A DNA stretch of 64,000 bases from Planctomycetota bacterium. Lineage in GTDB: Bacteria > Planctomycetota > PLA2 > JAEUHO01. The DNA is taken from positions 352,001 to 416,000 of the forward strand of contig CBDCTJ010000007.1 of the NCBI GenBank assembly GCA_965222115.1. Reading direction: 5' to 3'. Position numbers and translations under genes: made by a program. Below are positions 60,271 to 64,000 of the stretch, in pieces. The notes beneath the pieces were generated by a model that was given only the letters and a program-made list of their open reading frames with translations, was not told the origin of the DNA and made no database searches. Position 1 is the first letter of the stretch. Each line of letters opens with the position of its first letter.

Positions 60271-60832
60271 TCGCATGGCCCGCGCAAAGGCTGTGACCCA
60301 TGTCATGAGTGCCATCGACGATCAGCTGGTGGTTGCTTGCAACGGCATGATTGGCCGCGAAGTGTTCACAGCGAACGATCGCGAAGCCACCTTCTACATG
60401 ATTGGTTCGATGGGCTTGGCCCTTTCAATTGGCATCGGCGTGGCACAGTGCCAACCCAAGAAGCGCGTCGTTGTGATTGATGGCGACGGCAATGTGTTGA
60501 TGGGTGCCGGTGTGCTGGGCAGTGCCGCTGCGGCAGGACTCACAAACTTGCATCACATCGTGCTCGACAATGAGGCCCACGGATCCACCGGCGATCAGCG
60601 CACAATCACAACCGATGTGGATCTCCATGCCGTCGCCAAGGCTTCGGGCTATGCCTACGCCGAACGCGTGGAGGGTGACGCGTTGGCCGAGGCACTACCG
60701 GCATTTTTCAAGCGGCCAGGACCGGCCATGCTGCTCGTCAAGGTCGCAAAGGGCAATGTGGAAGGCATCGCGCGCGTAAGCCACACGCCCGCCGAAATTA
60801 CCGCGCGCTTTTCGCGCGCCGCTCAGGCATAA
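60257..60832 (+). CDS. Phosphonopyruvate decarboxylase, beta (TPP-binding) subunit
   Basis: G.IGRE, FYMIGSMG, IDGDGNVLM...LDNEAHGSTGDQ. Confidence 0.88.
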   Translation: MPPPSRMARAKAVTHVMSAIDDQLVVACNGMIGREVFTANDREATFYMIGSMGLALSIGIGVAQCQPKKRVVVIDGDGNVLMGAGVLGSAAAAGLTNLHHIVLDNEAHGSTGDQRTITTDVDLHAVAKASGYAYAERVEGDALAEALPAFFKRPGPAMLLVKVAKGNVEGIARVSHTPAEITARFSRAAQA

Positions 60833-60874
60833 CGTAGCTCGCCCGTCGCGCTCGTTTTGTAAAAGGATCGCTCG

Positions 60875-61939
60875 ATGACTGATACGGCGTTCACGCTTCT
60901 AAATCCGGGTCCCATCAATGTGTCGCCCGCCGTTCGCGAAGCACTCCATCGCTGCGTGGATCAGTGCCACCGTGAACCCGAGTACCTAACGATGCAAGAT
61001 CGTGTGCGTCGCAAGTTGGTGTCGGTATTTGGCGTGGCCAGCGAATACGAAGCCGCGCTCATCACCGGTTCCGGCACCGCTGCGATGGAAGCCATGGTGT
61101 GTTCGACGGTTGAGCATGGTCTGCTTGTGTTGGTCAATGGTGTGTACGGCGAACGACTTGCCAAGATTGGACGTGCTCACGGACTGGCCGTGGATGTTGC
61201 GGAACGCAATTGGTTGGAACCGCACGACCCGGCCTCGTTGGCGGACGTGTTGCATGACGGTATCGACACGGTGGCGGTCGTACACCACGAAACCACCACA
61301 GGGCTACTCAACGACATTCCCGGTATCGCAGCCGTCTGCAAAGCCCACGGCAAGCGCCTGATCGTTGACAGTGTCAGCGGACTCGGTGGCGAAACGTTTG
61401 ACTTCGGCGACATTCAACCCGCAGCGGTTTGTTGCACGGCCAACAAATGCATTCAAGGTCTACCGGGTATCTCGTTTGTGTTCGTTCATCGCGATACACC
61501 GCTGCATACGCGCTCGGTCTACATGGACCTGCCGGGCATCTTGGAAAAACAGCGCAAGAGCGACACACCATTTACGCCTGCTATTCAAGTCATGGCGGCA
61601 CTTGAAGCCGCACTTGACGAACTCGACAAGGAGACCGTGGCCGGACGCATAGAACGCTACACGACGGCGTCCATGTCGATTCGCGACACGATGGAACGCC
61701 TTGGCCTGTCCTGCTTGCTACCAAACGACATTCGTAGCAATACCATCACGTGCGCGCATCTCCCCGCGGGTGTGACCTATCAGCACATTCACGACCGCAT
61801 GCGCGAGAAGGGCTTTGTGATTTATGGCGGCCAAGGCCACTTGAGTGCAACCGCGTTTCGCGTGGCCAATATGGGCATCATTCCTCCCAAGCGCTTGAAG
61901 GACTTTGACAAGGCGCTTGAGTACGCATTGAAGGCCTAG
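60875..61939 (+). CDS. 2-aminoethylphosphonate transaminase (PhnW/AepZ-like, class V PLP)
   Basis: LLNPGP, HRE, GSGTAAME, NGVYGER, VHHETTTGLLN, DSVS, ANKCIQG, FTPA, GFVIYGGQG. Confidence 0.9.
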   Translation: MTDTAFTLLNPGPINVSPAVREALHRCVDQCHREPEYLTMQDRVRRKLVSVFGVASEYEAALITGSGTAAMEAMVCSTVEHGLLVLVNGVYGERLAKIGRAHGLAVDVAERNWLEPHDPASLADVLHDGIDTVAVVHHETTTGLLNDIPGIAAVCKAHGKRLIVDSVSGLGGETFDFGDIQPAAVCCTANKCIQGLPGISFVFVHRDTPLHTRSVYMDLPGILEKQRKSDTPFTPAIQVMAALEAALDELDKETVAGRIERYTTASMSIRDTMERLGLSCLLPNDIRSNTITCAHLPAGVTYQHIHDRMREKGFVIYGGQGHLSATAFRVANMGIIPPKRLKDFDKALEYALKA

Positions 61940-61941
61940 CC

Positions 61942-62619
61942 ATGCGGGCCGTGTTATTGGCTGCGGGTGTGGGCCGGCGACTGGGCCATGATCGTCCCAA
62001 GTGTTTGCTTGAAGTCGGCGGGCGCACGCTACTCGATCGTCACCTGGAGGTCTTGGCGGCGCTCGAGCTACCCGTGCGCCTTGTTACTGGCTTTCACGCG
62101 GAAATGTTGGCCTCCGTTGCGGGAACAACGGTCGAACTCATTCACAATGACGCCTTTGAACGCGGCAGCCTGCTTTCGCTGATAACGGGACTTCGCGGCA
62201 TCGATGACGACGTTGTGATCATGGACGCTGATGTACTTTATGACCCCACGATCCTGCGTGACATTGTCGGCCTTTCACGCGGGTTCGCCATCGATCCGCG
62301 CACCGATCCCGGCGACGAAGAGATGATGATTGGCGTTCAGGACGGTGTCGCCCGCGCCATTCGTCGCGGTCGGCTTGATGGATTTGAACTGGTGGGCGAA
62401 GGCGTAGGATTCTTCAAAATCGATCGCGAATCCCTGCCCGCCCTGCGCGCCTGTTGCGAAACGTGTGATCCCGATGGCGATTACGAGCACGCATTGGATC
62501 GCTTTGTAGAGACGCACGGCGCGGAATACGTACTGGTTGCCGGTCGTGCGTGGACCGAGATAGACTTCCCCGAAGATCTGACACACGCCGAGCAAGATAT
62601 TCTTCCTAAGCTCGACTGA
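61942..62619 (+). CDS. LicC/PntC-like cytidylyltransferase
   Basis: LAAGVGRRL...PKCLL, MDADV, GEGVG, WTEIDFPED. Confidence 0.85.
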   Translation: MRAVLLAAGVGRRLGHDRPKCLLEVGGRTLLDRHLEVLAALELPVRLVTGFHAEMLASVAGTTVELIHNDAFERGSLLSLITGLRGIDDDVVIMDADVLYDPTILRDIVGLSRGFAIDPRTDPGDEEMMIGVQDGVARAIRRGRLDGFELVGEGVGFFKIDRESLPALRACCETCDPDGDYEHALDRFVETHGAEYVLVAGRAWTEIDFPEDLTHAEQDILPKLD

Positions 62620-63397
62620 CCACCGGTGGCTCCACATCCTCCGCGTGCCGTTGCCACACCAATGCCACAAACTCCATCGCCATCATCGGCACCGTTGCGG
62701 CGTATAGGTAAACGCGTGGCTCCTTCAGCAAGAGCGAAACCGCAGCAAGCGAGTAGTGCATCGAGGGACCATTAAGAAAGAACAACGCATACGGTCCGCG
62801 CGTACGCTGCACATAACGCGCTCGATCGATCACGGTGACGCCATCGGCATCGAGTTTTTCGGCGTAACTCAAGAACTGATTCAACGACCACTTTGCGAAT
62901 CCATTTGAGGCGTCACGAGCAGCACGCACATCGTCGAGGTCGTCTTCGGACCCCGCAAAGCGCCGCTTGTAGCGATCAAAGAGCATCGCTTTCCACGCCA
63001 TGCACAACGCCGCGGCCAACGGAAGGAGTAGGGCCCACCACCACGGCTCGCCGGCGCGCCAGTAGTAGATCATGAGACCCACGTGGATGGACAGTGCCGC
63101 GGCGTAATCGCCAAAGCCATCCATCACGCGTCCCAATGGACTCCCGCCGCCCCGAAGTCGCGCCAACTGCCCGTCACCGCAGTCAAGCACCATGAACAAG
63201 AAGATGAACAACGCGCCGCACACAAACGCGCCCCAAGCAATGGACACGCCTGCAATCACACCGGCCGTCCCTGCCAGAAAGGTCACGTGGTTGGGCGACA
63301 TCGGTGTCTTAGCAAAAAGCCACACAAGCGGGCGCGCCAACGGGCGACACACGAATCGATCGATCCATTCGTCAGTCGTGAAGAGTGAGGTCGCCAT
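62606..63397 (-). CDS. CDP-alcohol phosphatidyltransferase
   Basis: SPNHVT and signature DCGDGQLAR...G...D...D; multiple TMs. Confidence 0.9.
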   Translation of the reverse strand: MATSLFTTDEWIDRFVCRPLARPLVWLFAKTPMSPNHVTFLAGTAGVIAGVSIAWGAFVCGALFIFLFMVLDCGDGQLARLRGGGSPLGRVMDGFGDYAAALSIHVGLMIYYWRAGEPWWWALLLPLAAALCMAWKAMLFDRYKRRFAGSEDDLDDVRAARDASNGFAKWSLNQFLSYAEKLDADGVTVIDRARYVQRTRGPYALFFLNGPSMHYSLAAVSLLLKEPRVYLYAATVPMMAMEFVALVWQRHAEDVEPPVVSRA

Positions 63398-63460
63398 GTG
63401 CGGGAAGTGTATGGGTAGCAGCGTCCCCCGTCGCTGCATCGCGAGTAGACTTCGTGCCCC

Positions 63461-63832
63461 ATGTCAGCGTCAACCCACCGAATCGTTTTCAGCGTATCCA
63501 CCAGCACCGAGAATCCCCCGCGCACCGCGGCGGCGCTCGTGCAAGTGTTGGCCGCCCACCAAGCCGGTGCCGACGTGGCGCTTTGGTTCTGGCATGAAGG
63601 TGTGCGCATGGCCGTGAAAGGCGTGGCCGAGACGTTCCGTGAGCCGCTTGAACCCACGCCCACAGAAGTATTGGATGCCCTGGCGAAAGCCAAGGTTCCG
63701 ATCACCGTGCACACACCATGCCTTGTGCGGCGCGAATTTCAGGACAACGCGTTGCGCGCCAACTGCAAATCCGCCGACGGCCAAACTTGGCAGCGCTACA
63801 TCAAGGATGGCTACGTGCCGGTTTCGCTTTGA
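63461..63832 (+). CDS. DsrE/DsrF-like protein
   Basis: V.LWFWHEGV, L......VPITVHTPCLVRR. Confidence 0.7.
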   Translation: MSASTHRIVFSVSTSTENPPRTAAALVQVLAAHQAGADVALWFWHEGVRMAVKGVAETFREPLEPTPTEVLDALAKAKVPITVHTPCLVRREFQDNALRANCKSADGQTWQRYIKDGYVPVSL

Positions 63833-63860
63833 CGCTTCAAAAGGGTCGTAGAAATACACC

Positions 63861-64000
63861 ATGGCACGATTGAATTGTACACGCGGTCAATCCGATCCCG
63901 ACGCACTTGAATTGAATCCCGCACACGACAACGCAACGTGGACCATTGGGCGCGCCAACGATTGCGATTTGCGACTGCTCGACGAGTCAGCTTCTAGGCA
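63861..64000 (+). CDS. FHA-domain protein (runs off window end)
   Basis: MARLNCTRGQ...WTIGRANDCDLRLLDESASR contains the FHA GR...SR motifs. Confidence 0.7.
   Translation, partial: MARLNCTRGQSDPDALELNPAHDNATWTIGRANDCDLRLLDESASR

Noticed and set aside
59770-60832. Coenzyme M sulfopyruvate decarboxylase ComDE
   Set aside because: The split architecture is similar, but neighbours are PEP mutase, AEP transaminase and cytidylyltransferases, with no comA/B/C

Overview
GC-rich bacterial window. The gene content (ECF sigma/Ser-Thr kinase pairs, WD40 kinase, DUF1800/DUF1501, TIGR03790-like protein) suggests Planctomycetota; this is inference. Most of it is accessory signalling, redox and envelope genes. 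Highlights: (1) a lipoprotein that the ORF track splits into two ORFs reads as one frame through an in-frame TGA in a Cys-Sec motif, is followed by a SECIS-like hairpin, and resembles the active site of eukaryotic selenoprotein N; a tRNA-Sec (selC) gene lies 16 kb away. (2) A 2-aminoethylphosphonate/phosphonolipid biosynthesis cluster whose PEP mutase has a non-canonical catalytic-loop motif (EDNIFPKRCS instead of EDKxxxxxNS). (3) A lower-GC orphan RHS toxin tip plus putative immunity gene, bracketed by about 65-bp homologous inverted ends, beside a truncated IS110 with a structured non-coding end abutting a REP-like palindrome. (4) A long intergenic region with two stem-enclosed CCUCCUCCC/G-quadruplex modules, a candidate ncRNA. 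Also present: NiSOD, an animal-type heme peroxidase, an AmgK-RapZ fusion with MurU, and a REC-cyclase with an atypical specificity residue. All family assignments are from motif recognition by eye; no searches were run.
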